Assembly: GCF_006345805.1 (NCBI RefSeq)
Contig: NW_021832929.1
Location: forward strand, 1 to 29,805
Direction: 5' to 3'
Origin: Octopus sinensis
Lineage: Eukaryota
DNA length: 29,805 nt
In this document: piece by piece, positions 10,230-20,597 of the stretch
How positions within the stretch are numbered: position 1 is the stretch's first letter
Layout of the letters: every line of letters starts with the position of its first letter
Position numbers and translations under genes: made by a program
Notes under the pieces: generated by a model
Database searches by the model: none
Told to the model about the DNA's origin: nothing
What the model saw: the letters and a program-made list of their open reading frames with translations, nothing else

Positions 10230-10420
10230 TATTTTTCTATTCTTGTACACGTGTCAGTCACTTGACTGCGGTCATACTGGAGCACCGCCTTAAAGAGTTT
10301 TTTCGTCGAAGAAATCGACCCCAGGACTTATTCTTTGTAAACCTAGTACATATTCTATCGGTCTCTTTTGCTGAACTGCTCAGTTACTGGGACGTAAACA
10401 CACGTCGGACACACAGACAC
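10230..10420 (-). mobile_element. SINE-B 3' half
   Basis: CAGTCACTTGACTGCGGTCATACTGGAGCACCGCC...GGGACGTAAACAC. Confidence 0.8.
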
Positions 10421-10489
10421 ACACACACATATGGTGTACGTGTGTTTGTGTAGGTGGGTGGATGTCTTTGTATCTGAGTTTGTTTCCTA

Positions 10490-10710
10490 ATACTGCTTGA
10501 TAACCGATGTTGGTGTGTTTACGCCTCTGTAACAGCGGTTCAGCAAAAGAGACCGATAGAATAAGCACCAGTCTTATAAGTAAGTACAAAGTAAGTACCA
10601 GTGTCGATACATTAAACTAAAAATTCTTCAAGGCGGCGTTCCAGCATGGCCGCAAGTCTAATGGCTGAAACAGGTAAGAAACTAAAAAAAAAAAAAAAAA
10701 AAAAAAAAAA
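10490..10710 (+). mobile_element. SINE-B 3' half ending in a poly(A) run
   Basis: GCTTGATAACCGATGTTGGTGTGTTTACG...GGCGGCGTTCCAGCATGGCCGC...GAAACAGG followed by an A-run. Confidence 0.8.
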
Positions 10711-11099
10711 GACACTAGAAGATTTAATTTAAGCAAAAACAAAAACCCCCACCCAGCGCCAAACCTCTGTAACTCAACAAACACGGAATAGGTGAGAGAG
10801 ACATCCTGAGGTTCTTCAAAACAACACTTCGCTTTTAAACATGACCTTCACGGAAAGCAGAGTGTGATGTCAGACGGCACCAGGCGGAACCAATGGACGC
10901 TAAGTTGTGAGATGACGGAAACGCATAAAGACAGGTTTTTTTATAATGAACGACAAACATTGAAATTTTTGAACGCTGTTGTAAGAGTTTAACTGTGCAA
11001 TGGATACAGAAAATACTAACCTAGAATATCTTAAGAAGTGTATGGGGAAAATAAGCAATAAGATAATACCTGTGCTATTTTCAACACGATCTGTTTATT

Positions 11100-11282
11100 C
11101 TATCTATCTAACTATCTGTCTGTCTGTCTGTCTGTCTGTCTTTCCCCGCTCTCTATCTGTCTGTCTGTCTATCCATTTGTCTATTTGTATGTCTGCTTGT
11201 CTATCTGTCTGTTCGTCTGTTTATCTCCCCCTCTTTCTCTCTCTATCTATCTGTCTGTCTGTCTGTCTGTCTATTTATCTCT

Positions 11283-11320
<38 letters not shown>
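11100..11320. repeat. (CTAT/CTGT)n and (CT)n microsatellite
   Basis: Directly visible. Confidence 0.93.
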
Positions 11321-11322
<2 letters not shown>

Positions 11323-11349
11323 ATCATATTGTTTTCTCTCTAACTCTCC

Positions 11350-11447
11350 CCCCGTGGCTTGATTCCCAACCACATGGTTCTGAGTTCAGTCCCACTGCGT
11401 GGCATTTTGGGCAAGTATCTTCTATAGCCCCGGGCCAACGAAAGCTT
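11350..11447 (+). mobile_element. SINE-B head fragment, followed by (CA)n to about 11574
   Basis: CCAACCACATGGTTCTGAGTTCAGTCCCACTGCGTGGCATTTTGGGCAAGT. Confidence 0.8.
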
Positions 11448-11525
11448 CACACACACGCACAACCGCACACACCTACACACACATACACCTACACACACAC
11501 ACATACACACATATACACACACACC

Positions 11526-11576
<51 letters not shown>

Positions 11577-11874
11577 GTAATATATATGTATGTACGTATG
11601 TATGCGTATGTATGTATGTATATTGAAACTGAAGCTAAGAGTACAGTTATTGCAAGCCACGTGTTTCACACCATTGCGACCTTCAGACACTCAAAATTCA
11701 GCTTCGGTTATAATAAAAGTAAAAACCTGTCCTCTACAATATGTATTGAGCACTCCATTCTCATTCGTAAAAAAGATAAAATATTCATCTAACCTACTTA
11801 GTTGCCGTTATTGTTCCTGTTGTTGTTGCTGTCCTTCTCCGGCATTTATTTTCCTTTGTCTTCTTGTTCAGTTA

Positions 11875-11905
11875 CTACTACTACTACTACCACCACTACC
11901 ACCAT

Positions 11906-11992
<87 letters not shown>

Positions 11993-12075
11993 ACTACTAC
12001 TACTACTACGGCTGCTGCTGCTGCTTTTGCTGCTACTAGCTATTACCACTATTACTGCTGCTGCTACTACTACTA
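11875..12075. repeat. (TAC/CAC/TGC)n trinucleotide microsatellite
   Basis: Directly visible. Confidence 0.96.
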
Positions 12076-12607
12076 CTATTCATTCCTTATCCTCTTCTTC
12101 ACCTTTTTCTTCACTTCATTCTTCTTCCCTTCTCCCGCAATCGTTTGTCGTCCATGTTCTCGGCTCTCTACACCAAGTAACATCTATGCATTATTCATGA
12201 ACAACCAAAATTCACATAACATCGCTGAAACGAATACAGAATCGGTGAGAACTGATGGTGGTCTGTTATATAAACGCCTATTTAAGGATCAGGTTATGGA
12301 GAACCCGTTTCCTATCAAGGCAAACACCTGCTACGAGGGGTTTATGGAGGGTAACGTATGAGTCGCTTCAATTTATTTATATATTTTCATCGGCCACAAA
12401 GAAACTTTGTATTTTCTCAGCCATCGAGGCTTCTCACACGTGTAGGCTCGAACTGCCGTCTAGAAATGACCGCCAAATCTCCTTAATACCGCACCTTAAC
12501 CTTTTTAGATTATCTTTTTAAAAACATAGATGACTTGTATGAATATTTTTATAAAGTAGATGCGTTTTTGAAAAGCACGGGTTGGTCTCTGATAGGACAA
12601 ATATTCA

Positions 12608-12915
12608 TACATACTATACCATACCATACATACATACCATACATATATACCATACATACATACCATACATACATACCATACATACATACATACATACATA
12701 CATACCATACATACATACATACATACATACATACCATACATACATACATACATACATACATACATACCATACATACATACCATACATACATACCATACAT
12801 ACATACATACCATACATACATACCATACATACATACACATACATACCATACATACATACCATACATACATACATACATACCATACATACATACCATACAT
12901 ACATACCATACATAC
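12608..12915. repeat. Mixed (TACA)/(TACCA) microsatellite
   Basis: Directly visible. Confidence 0.96.
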
Positions 12916-12957
12916 ATGTATGTATGTATATATATAGATATATATGTATTTTTTAAT

Positions 12958-13215
12958 TCATTTATTTGTTTGTCATTTGACTGTGGCCATGCTGGAGCAC
13001 CGCCTTTAGTCGAACAAATCGACCACAGGTCTTATTCTTTCTACGCCTAGTACTTATTCTATCGCGCTCTTTTGCTGAACCGCTAACTTACGAGGACGTA
13101 AATACTCCAACATCAATTGTCAAGCAATTATGGGGAGACAAAGACACACACATATACATACAACGGGCTTCTTTCAGTTTCCGTCTACCAAATCCACTCA
13201 CAAGGCTTTAGCTGG
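12958..13215 (-). mobile_element. SINE-B, 5'-truncated
   Basis: Tail and central domain match the family. Confidence 0.85.
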
Positions 13216-13475
13216 CTCATTTTCACTGATTTTCAGCTTTATGTTAAAATCCGCAGGGCAGGTAATTTCGACAACTATGCCGTTTCTCTTCTCTATCCCA
13301 AATCCCCATATCAGGTTGTATGTATGTGTATATGTATGTTTGCATGTATGTGTATGGTTATTCCCAAATGGTTTGGAGCATATAACACATGAGCAAGATG
13401 TGGAGCCGTGTAATGAACCTAGACCTTTTGGTTACGTGCGGTTCCTTCAAGAATGCCTTTACATGAGACACACAT

Positions 13476-13511
<36 letters not shown>

Positions 13512-13849
13512 GGAGGTTGCACAGAAGATTGTGAAGCAGGCGATCTGGCATCACCAGACATCCAGTATGAGGAACATTTACCAGTACCCACGACTACCTC
13601 AAACAGCAAAGGATCCGGGGTGGCCACATTCTGTCAGACCAGTGTCCTCTAGCGACACCCTACATGTCTTTCAGATAAAACATTGCATACTGCTGTCTAT
13701 ATTAATGTTTATATATATTATATATATATATTATATATATATATATATATATTGGATAAAACGGTAAGATAACAAAAGAAAGAAAGAGACTCAATATTAT
13801 GTAAATAGAGAAATTTATCTATACAATATGTTACATTACTCGGTAGTCA

Positions 13850-13911
13850 AGATAAACTCTGAGTTTCAGATGCCGAAGTGGAAATCCACAACACCATCTC
13901 TTCGGTTATCT
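13850..13911 (-). ncRNA. Degenerate PLE-type hammerhead ribozyme motif
   Basis: AGATA-A-CCGAAGA (CUGANGA with U4>C), stem II GATG/CATC, GAAAC, quasi-palindromic stem III ACTCAGAGT, then T-TATCT. Same sense as the ORF, and the same stem III as the 26.3-kb motifs. Confidence 0.6.
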
Positions 13912-14094
13912 GGCTATTTGAAAACGTTATGAAAAAATACCGTTAAAAATGAAGGGAAATTACTCTGTTATAACTCTGCTTTGCCTGCGTACTTATACAT
14001 CGCTCGCATTTTTCGTCATAAAAATTATATAAAAATACATAAAAATATATAAAATATATAAAATCTTCTTGGGACATAACACAGAAAGCATGTT

Positions 14095-15197
14095 CTATCC
14101 GTTTTCTTTAGGGGACCAAAAACGTAACAGAAATTTAGTCACATGTGGGCATGATCCGAAAAGCTCTGTCCTTGTATTTAGACATGTGGTAGGGTCTAAG
14201 CTGCTTTTCCAGATAAGCCATCTCTCCATGTCGCATAAACCGCACCTTCCGCTGCCGTTAGTATAGGGCTTACATCTGGCCAAAATCTTCCATTGTATGT
14301 TATAATCGACACCTTTATCTCTTAAAGACCAAATATGATTGGATAATTGTGTCGCTTTTCTTTTGTTCCAGTGCCTAAAGCTCAAAGTGTGGTTATTGAA
14401 CCTGGCCTTGAAATTACCCTCTGTCAGGCCCACGTATTTCTTCGTCGAAACGGTGTCTTTAGTGGTTATAGAGTTTACGGTAGCTTCATATATGATGGTC
14501 TTGGACATGCAAGCTCCATTTAGCGGGCACAATTCTTTATTCCTGCATGAACAGCTGTTTTTTGTATGTTATGATTGATTATGTTTTTAAAATTGGTAGT
14601 TGAACTAAAACTAATTTTTAAATTGTGTCTATTGAAGAGTTTCCTATAAGCATGGTTAACTGGAAAATGTCTATCTATCAGTGCTAGGAAATATTTACCT
14701 ATATTGAAGGCCACCTCGGGTGAGTAAGGGGGCGTAAACCAGATGACCTTCCTATTTCTATTATTCCTTTTCCTTATTGTTGGGCTGGTGATAGGTGTAT
14801 ATTTTTATTTTTTTCGCTAAAACCACTATCTTTTAAAGCTTTATTATAAACTGGGGCAACGCTATTGAAGATGTCCTCATTAGATGACTAGAAATCCTCT
14901 TACTAATATTTTTAACTAAATTTTTGAATACTATAGGGGGATGGCATGAACCTACATTAATATAACTTAGTCTATCATTGGGCTTCCTATAAGGCTTATA
15001 AATATATTATTAAGATCTAAGGAAACTCTAAGAAAATTGACAAACGTCAGGTTAGTGTCTATAGTTATACTAAGTCCGAAGTGTTTCATTAACTGGATAA
15101 TATCCTTCCTAAAACGATCTTGTGCTGGTCCATTTGTATTAGCTGTTAAGGCGAGGGCATCATCTTTGTAGATGGCGAAATGTACGTTAGGGAATGT
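14095..15197 (-). pseudogene. Frameshifted PLE RT C-terminus/thumb, Cys-rich linker and GIY-YIG endonuclease
   Basis: AIYKDDAL (RT DD motif), VNFL(D)VSLDL, KPYRKPND, NIGKYFLALIDRHFP..H...KLFNR.NLKISFS, CSCRNKELCPLNGAC, IIYEA...KYVGLTEGNFKARFNNH (GIY-YIG variant), WKIL, CGLC, LN.RTEL..SCPH. Confidence 0.9.
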
Positions 15198-15547
15198 CCT
15201 GACGGTTGTCAATTTCTTAGACGTTTCCTTAGATCTTAATAATAATATTTATAAGCCTTATAGGAAGCCCAATGATAGACTAAGTTATATTAATGTTAGA
15301 CTAAGTTATATATTTTATTTTGGTACTTATGGAAGCAACTGTCTTCCAAGACTCATATTGTCGTTCAATGCTCGAAATAAGCAGTAGACAGACAGCCCGA
15401 CAACTGATGAAGGATCGTTCTTTTTTACTTGTTCCGTTTTCCACTTGTTTCTCTCGTTGTTTACGTATTGAACTCATTTGTTTTCGTACTTCATGTTGTT
15501 TACAGTTAGTGACGTCCTGTACCCATATATGCATGTTTGTGTGTGTA

Positions 15548-15880
15548 TCTCTCTATATATATATAAATGGCAAAATGTCTGCGTGTGCGTCCTTTATACA
15601 AATCTGCAATTTTTCAGTTAGAGGGCTCGCACTTTCTATGGTCATTCAAAACCATCCAAGGGTGGTCGTGCACATCTTTACATTTCCCCAGTCACCCCGC
15701 AAAGCCATTAAGAAATCAATAGAAGTGACTCTTTTGTGAATTTTCTATCCAAAACCCAATCAAAATGCTCGAAACTTGATACGCCAATTGAATGTCAGCT
15801 AGTTGTATGTGATTGGTCGGAGATTTGGACAGTACTCGCGTGTATGTGCGCACGCACGCAGCTGTATATGCGTGAACTAG
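15548..15880 (+). mobile_element. Probable non-autonomous Helitron (second family)
   Basis: A|TCTCTCTATATATATATAAA 5' end resembling the other Helitrons. Hairpin CACGCA-N8-TGCGTG, then CTAG|T. The hairpin is closer to the end than usual. Confidence 0.5.
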
Positions 15881-16392
15881 TAAATATATATATATATATG
15901 TATGTGTGTATGTGTGTGTGTGTATGTGTGTGTGCGTATGTATGTGTGTGTGTATGTGTGTGTGTGTGTGTATGTGTGTGTGTGTGTATGTATGTATGCA
16001 TATGTATGTATGTATATGTGTGTCTTAGATTAAGTATGGAGTTGCATAAATAGAGGTCTCGAGTGTGTATTAAGCGTGAATTTGTATGTTCAGCAATTTT
16101 CATAAATGTCTTGGGTTGGGTACAAGATGAAAGACGGTAAAGTAAACAGTAGAATTTTATCTTTTGTTTTAATTTATGGTAAGGTGAGGCTAGGCTGTAC
16201 GAAGAATCAGATTAAACAACTTAAAAATAAGGAACTACGCGAAGAGGGTAAAGAATAATAATATGAAGCGGTAATAATTTTAGTGAAAAGAAAGTAAATA
16301 ACAGGGGATCATACGCATTAGTAGACAAAATACAGTAACTTGCAAAATGTATATATTTATTATTACACACACACACACGGGGGGGGGGCATA

Positions 16393-16775
16393 GGCGCCGG
16401 AGTGGCTATGTGTTAAGTAGCTTGCTTCCCAATTATATAGTTCCAAGTTCAGTCCCACTGCGTGGCACCTTGGGCAAGTGTCTTCTACTATAGCCTCGGG
16501 TCAACCAAAGCCTTGTGAGTGGATTTGGTAGAAGGAAACTGAAAGAAGCCCACCGTATATATATATATATATATAATATGTGTGTGTGTGATTGTCCGCC
16601 TATCATCACTTGAAAATCATTATTGCTGTGTTTACGTCCCCGTAACGAAGCGGTTCGCCAAAAAAGACCGATAGAATAAGTACGAGGTTCACAAAGAATA
16701 AGTTCTGGGGTCGATTTGTTCGACTAAAGGCAGTGCTCCAGCATGGCCGCAGTCAGATGACAAACAAATAAGAAT
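16393..16775 (+). mobile_element. SINE-B, full length
   Basis: Colinear with 8064-8490. Confidence 0.9.
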
Positions 16776-16814
16776 ATATATATGTATGTGTGTGTGTATG
16801 TATGTGTGTGTGTA

Positions 16815-16847
<33 letters not shown>

Positions 16848-16848
<1 letters not shown>

Positions 16849-17075
16849 GTTAATCCAAACATGAAAACAAAGAGAAAACACAATAACGCAAGGACGTGGA
16901 ACAAATGTAGTATATTGGACGCTTAGGAAGGAAGGAAAGAAGGAGGGCTTAACGTTTCGAGCGGAGCTCTTAGTCAGAAACATAGGAAAGATCCAGAGAA
17001 GGGAAGACAGAGGGAAAAAATCGCCAACGGTACACACGCGGTCACATTTTGAATATATATATATATATATATATA
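16848..17075 (-). mobile_element. Solo PLE-LTR-like repeat between (TA)n tracts, with a hammerhead relic at 16951-16977
   Basis: CTGACTA-A-GAGC-TCC-GCTC-GAAACGTT on the minus strand. Stems I and III are not cleanly recoverable. Confidence 0.5.
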
Positions 17076-17430
17076 TAATGGTTGTCCACTCGTGACCGAG
17101 GAAGTCTATTGCTGACCTTCAGGGACATTGTGCGCTCTAGGACTAATTTATATTTTGTATTTGCGGCTGCTTTGGTGGTGAATGAGCCCTGCTCTTGACA
17201 AGCATACACGACTGCAAACATTGCAGACCAAGCTTTCCCTATTCACTACACCAGCCGTGCGCTTTTGAGCAGAGCGCTTAAGTTCTTCATGCAGAATACT
17301 TGCTGTCTCAAAGGTGTCGACCCCCTCCTTAACCTGCTTCCTCTATCTGTGGCGATGACAGGCATTGTCCTGCCAGTCAGCCTCCTGCATATCACAGGCC
17401 TTTAATGAAGACTTGACACAGTCCTTAAAT
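17076..17430 (-). mobile_element. RTE-clade LINE 3' fragment
   Basis: Translates RFKDCVKSSLKAC...W...RKQVKEGVDTFE...KR...CNVCSRVCLSRAGLIHH, the RTE ORF C-terminal pattern. The 3' UTR ends in CCA-TTA running into (TA)n. An inverted SINE-A-type tail fragment follows at about 17426-17486. Confidence 0.83.
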
Positions 17431-17539
17431 CGACTGGCCCCTTCCTCCCAAATTTCAGGCCATGTGCCTAGAGTATAAAAGAATATGCAACGGACATCCA
17501 TACAATTTCTGTCCACTGACTTCATTCATAAGGTAATGA

Positions 17540-17655
17540 ACCGCCCGGGATTATGGTAAAAGACAGTTAACCCAAAGTACCGCGACGTGGGACTGAACCT
17601 GAAACCTCTAGGTTGCAAAGTAAGCTTGTTAACCACACAGCCATACCTGCACCTA
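17540..17655 (-). mobile_element. Degenerate SINE-B head
   Basis: GTGGGACTGAACC...CCACACAGCCATACCTGCACCTA. Confidence 0.7.
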
Positions 17656-17717
17656 TTAATAAAGTGTTAGAACACTGAATGAAAGGATATTTTTCTGTAA
17701 GAGTAATAAATATAAGT

Positions 17718-18440
17718 GAAGGCCTTTGGCTCAGTGGTTAGAGTGTTGGATCCCACAATCATGAGGTAGTGAGCTCGCTTCCCGGGCCGAGCTGTGTGTT
17801 GTGTACTTGGGCAAGATATTTTATATCATGCTGCTCCTGTTGTTGTTGAGCGTAGCGGTCTTCGTCCAGTGGGAGAAGTCCGAAACGTGGTCCTTTGCTA
17901 TTCGTAAGACCCGCAGAAGAGAAAGCAGGTCAACCCCCGACGCCGAGAGCATCGACGGATGGATGAATGCGCATCCAGGCTCAGCGGTTGCGTAGGAAGT
18001 CGGGGAGGACAAGAAACAGGAAGAAAGAGTGAGAGAAAGTTGGAGCGAAACAGTACAACAGGGGTCGCCACCATCCCTGCCGGAGCCACGTGGAGCTTTA
18101 GGTGTTTTTCGCTCAATAAACACACACAACGCCCGGTCTGGGAATCGAAACCGCGATCCTCCGACCGCGAGTCAGCTGCTCTAACCATTGGGCCATTGCA
18201 CCACCACTGCTACTCCAGTTCATTCAGCCGTAGAAATGAGTTGCGACATCACTGGTGTCAAGCTGTATCAGCCTTTGCTTTTCCCTTGGATAACATCAAG
18301 GGCTTGAAGAGGGGAGGCTGGTATGCATAGGCGACTGCTGGTCTTCCAAAAACAACCTTGCCCGGACTTATGCCTCGGTGGGTAAATTTCTAGGTACAAC
18401 CCCGTGGTCCTTCATGAGTGAAGGGGATTCTTCTACTTCT
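17718..18440 (+). mobile_element. Group-C SINE (head 17718-17837, body 18217-18440), interrupted by another SINE
   Basis: TGGCTCAGTGGTTAGAGTG...TTGGGCAAGATATTTTATATCATG, resuming at AGTTCATTCAGCCGTAGAAATGAG. Confidence 0.72.
17838..18207 (-). mobile_element. Group-C SINE with an alternative 3' body and (CAA)n tail
   Basis: Head nearly identical to 1950-2087 but a different 3' half. Probable TSD TGCTGCTCC (17829-17837) / TGCTACTCC (18208-18216). Confidence 0.85.
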
Positions 18441-18484
18441 AAATATATCTAAAGTAGTTCCTCTTTCATGTTTTTTATACTTAA

Positions 18485-18844
18485 TCGAATATATATAAAA
18501 GAGAGGTTGTGTGTCTGTCTCCTACGATTTAGATTCCTAACTACTCCCACATTTTGCGGTGCAGTTTAACCAAAACCGGGTATCTTATAGTCGTGATTCA
18601 TATCGGGCCCTTCTGGATATTAGCGCGCGTCTACGATGAATCTACGATTTTAAAAAAAATACCATTTTTTTCCATTTTTCCTCTAAAAATGTCTACGATG
18701 AGTCAACGATTTAAAAAAAAATTTACCATAATTCTTTTTCCATTTTTAATGCATTTTTTTGCTATTTTTTGGCTGTAACTCTCTAAAAATGTTTATATAG
18801 TTATTTCCCTTACAAACCCGAGCAACGCCGGGGGATACTGCTAG
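18485..18844 (+). mobile_element. Non-autonomous Helitron, copy 2
   Basis: A|TC...CCCGAGCAACGCCGGG hairpin...CTAG|T. Internal ~60-bp tandem duplication (GTCTACGATG...). Homologous to 3536-3913. Confidence 0.88.
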
Positions 18845-19113
18845 TCGAATATAATTGGCAGAGATAATTTGCGTGTCATAATATTCAGTCATTCGCTGTG
18901 GCTTCTGCATTCTGTCGCTAGCTTTAAACCTATTAACTCCTTAGTCACTTCCATTCGACACTAGATTATCGCTTGAGGAAACAGATTTCCTTTTAAACAG
19001 GTCAAACACACAAATGCAGTTCTCAGTTTAGAAAAAAGAAAAAGATTAAGTATCTACAGGAGGTAAATAAATATTTAATTCAGGGAATAATAGAGAAATA
19101 CGTGTCCTATCAT

Positions 19114-19529
19114 GGGATCTTTTCGGTTTGAACGGCAGTTTTTTAAAAATAATTTCCACGTAACTAAACACTTTTAAACTTCGTATACTGGTAGAATGTG
19201 TTTATAAAACATCTTTTTCTCTTGGCTTTATTGAGAAAATTCTATAGTTTGTAAGATATTTGTTTTTTCTTTCTTCAATGTCTGCAATTTCAACCAATCA
19301 GTGACGTGTATTGAGTTAAAAAGCATTCTGTGCCGTATGAATATATCCCTCGTTTAAGAAACAGATTGGATTTATTTACTTTTATGAAGAAAAAAAAGAT
19401 ACCCTTTCCCCCCATCCCTAACCCTAAAACAGATTGAAATGCAATAGATCAATACTAGGGTCATAATTATGGGTGACAATTTCATTTGACACCGCTAGAA
19501 AAAACTACCGTTCAAACCGAAAAGATCCC
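19114..19529. mobile_element. 416-bp MITE with 31-bp TIRs (GGG ends; possibly PIF/Harbinger-like)
   Basis: GGGATCTTTTCGGTTTGAACGG(C/T)AGTTTTTT at both ends, one mismatch. Flanks CAT / TAT. Superfamily assignment uncertain. Confidence 0.85.
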
Positions 19530-19620
19530 TATTATGACATAATTAAGACTGAATTCTTTTCTACTCTAGGCACAAGGCCGGAAATTTTGGGGGATGGGGC
19601 CAGTCGATTAGATCGACCCC

Positions 19621-20162
19621 AGTAAAGAAATGGGTCTTTATGTTCTGAATTCAAATTCCACTTTGCCTTTCATTCTTTCGGGGTCGATTAAATAAGTACC
19701 AGTTACGCACTGGGGTCGATATAATTGACTTAATCCGTTTGTCTGTCCTTGTTTGTCCTCTCTGTGTTTAGCCCCTTGTGGGTAGTAAAAAAAATTAGGT
19801 ATTTCGTCATCCGCTACGTTCTGAGTTCAAATTCCGCCGAGGTCTACTATGCCTTTCGTCCTTTCGGGGTCGATAAATTAAGTACCAGTTACGCACTGGG
19901 GTCGATATAATCGACTTAATCCGTTTGTCTGTCCTTGTTTGTCCTCTCTGTGTTTAGCCCCTTGTGGATAGTGAAAAAAAAATAGGTATTTCGTCTGCCG
20001 CTACGTTCTGAGTTCAAATTCCGCCGAGGTCTACTATGCCTTTCATCCTTTCGGGGTCGATAAATAAAGTACCCGTTGCGTACTGGGGTTCGTTGTAATC
20101 GACTAATACCCCCACCCCCAAAAAACAACTCCAGGCTTTCTGCTTATAGTAGGAATAATTAT
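19621..20162 (+). mobile_element. Second SINE-A head-to-tail array (units joined at about 19632, 19798 and 19985)
   Basis: Junction AAAT(T)A|GGTATTTCG as in array 1, period 187 bp. The last unit ends in a variant tail. An inverted variant-tail fragment lies at 19548-19622. Confidence 0.88.
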
Positions 20163-20248
20163 TTAATACTTTCGTTTTATGGAATACATTTAGTCTACAG
20201 AGAAAGTCAGTCTTTTAGAGTAGTTCAGCTGAATATAAAAGTCCTTTA

Positions 20249-20400
20249 GTGGCTGTGTGGCCAGAAGATTGCTTCCCAACCACATGGTTCCGGGTTCAGT
20301 CTGGCTACATGCCGCCTTGGGCAAGTGTCTTCTATTATAGCCCCGGGCCAACCGAAGCCTTGTGAGTGGATTTGGTAGACGGAAACTGGAAGAAGTCCGA
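20249..20400 (+). mobile_element. SINE-B 5' half
   Basis: GTGGCTGTGTGG...GGATTTGGTAGACGGAAACTGGAAGAAG. Confidence 0.85.
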
Positions 20401-20597
20401 TAACTCCGAAATGGGTCAGGCGCTCTCGTTAGATGCTGTTGGGACGACTGTCGACTACTTCTGGTATGTATTGTGCTTTAAACACATCACTCACGTCCGT
20501 AAGAAATGCTATTTCTGGACGAATACTGCAGAAACTTACCCCTCGATGATGTATTTACATTAAGCTATACGTAGATGCGTATCTCTCTCTCTCTCTC

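Larger units (their letters stand above)
13752..15296 (-). mobile_element. Penelope-like retroelement (probably Naiad-type), 5'-truncated with a terminal inversion
   Basis: Minus-strand RT and GIY-YIG fragments, a 3' LTR-like region with a hammerhead-like motif abutting (TA)n, and a 98-bp inverted duplication at the 5' end. Confidence 0.88.

Noticed and set aside
11802-12361. Poly-Thr/Tyr/Leu mucin-like ORFs
   Set aside because: A (TAC)n tract open in several frames on both strands, with no flanking domain or splice evidence.
14095-14560. Selenocysteine (in-frame TGA) recoding, as reported for some Naiad PLEs
   Set aside because: The conserved Cys positions I translated (CSC, CPLNGAC, CGLC, SCPH) are ordinary TGT/TGC codons. 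The breaks are frameshifts.
15370-15535. CTGATGA at 15404-15410 as a hammerhead
   Set aside because: No downstream GAAA closing a stem II, and a permuted fold with the upstream GAAA gave no valid stems.
20366-20563. Possible micro-exon (AG|ATGCTG...TTCTG|GTATGT near 20433-20463) and a 65-aa ORF
   Set aside because: The ORF begins inside a SINE-B, the acceptor is weak, and there is no recognisable protein or neighbouring exon.
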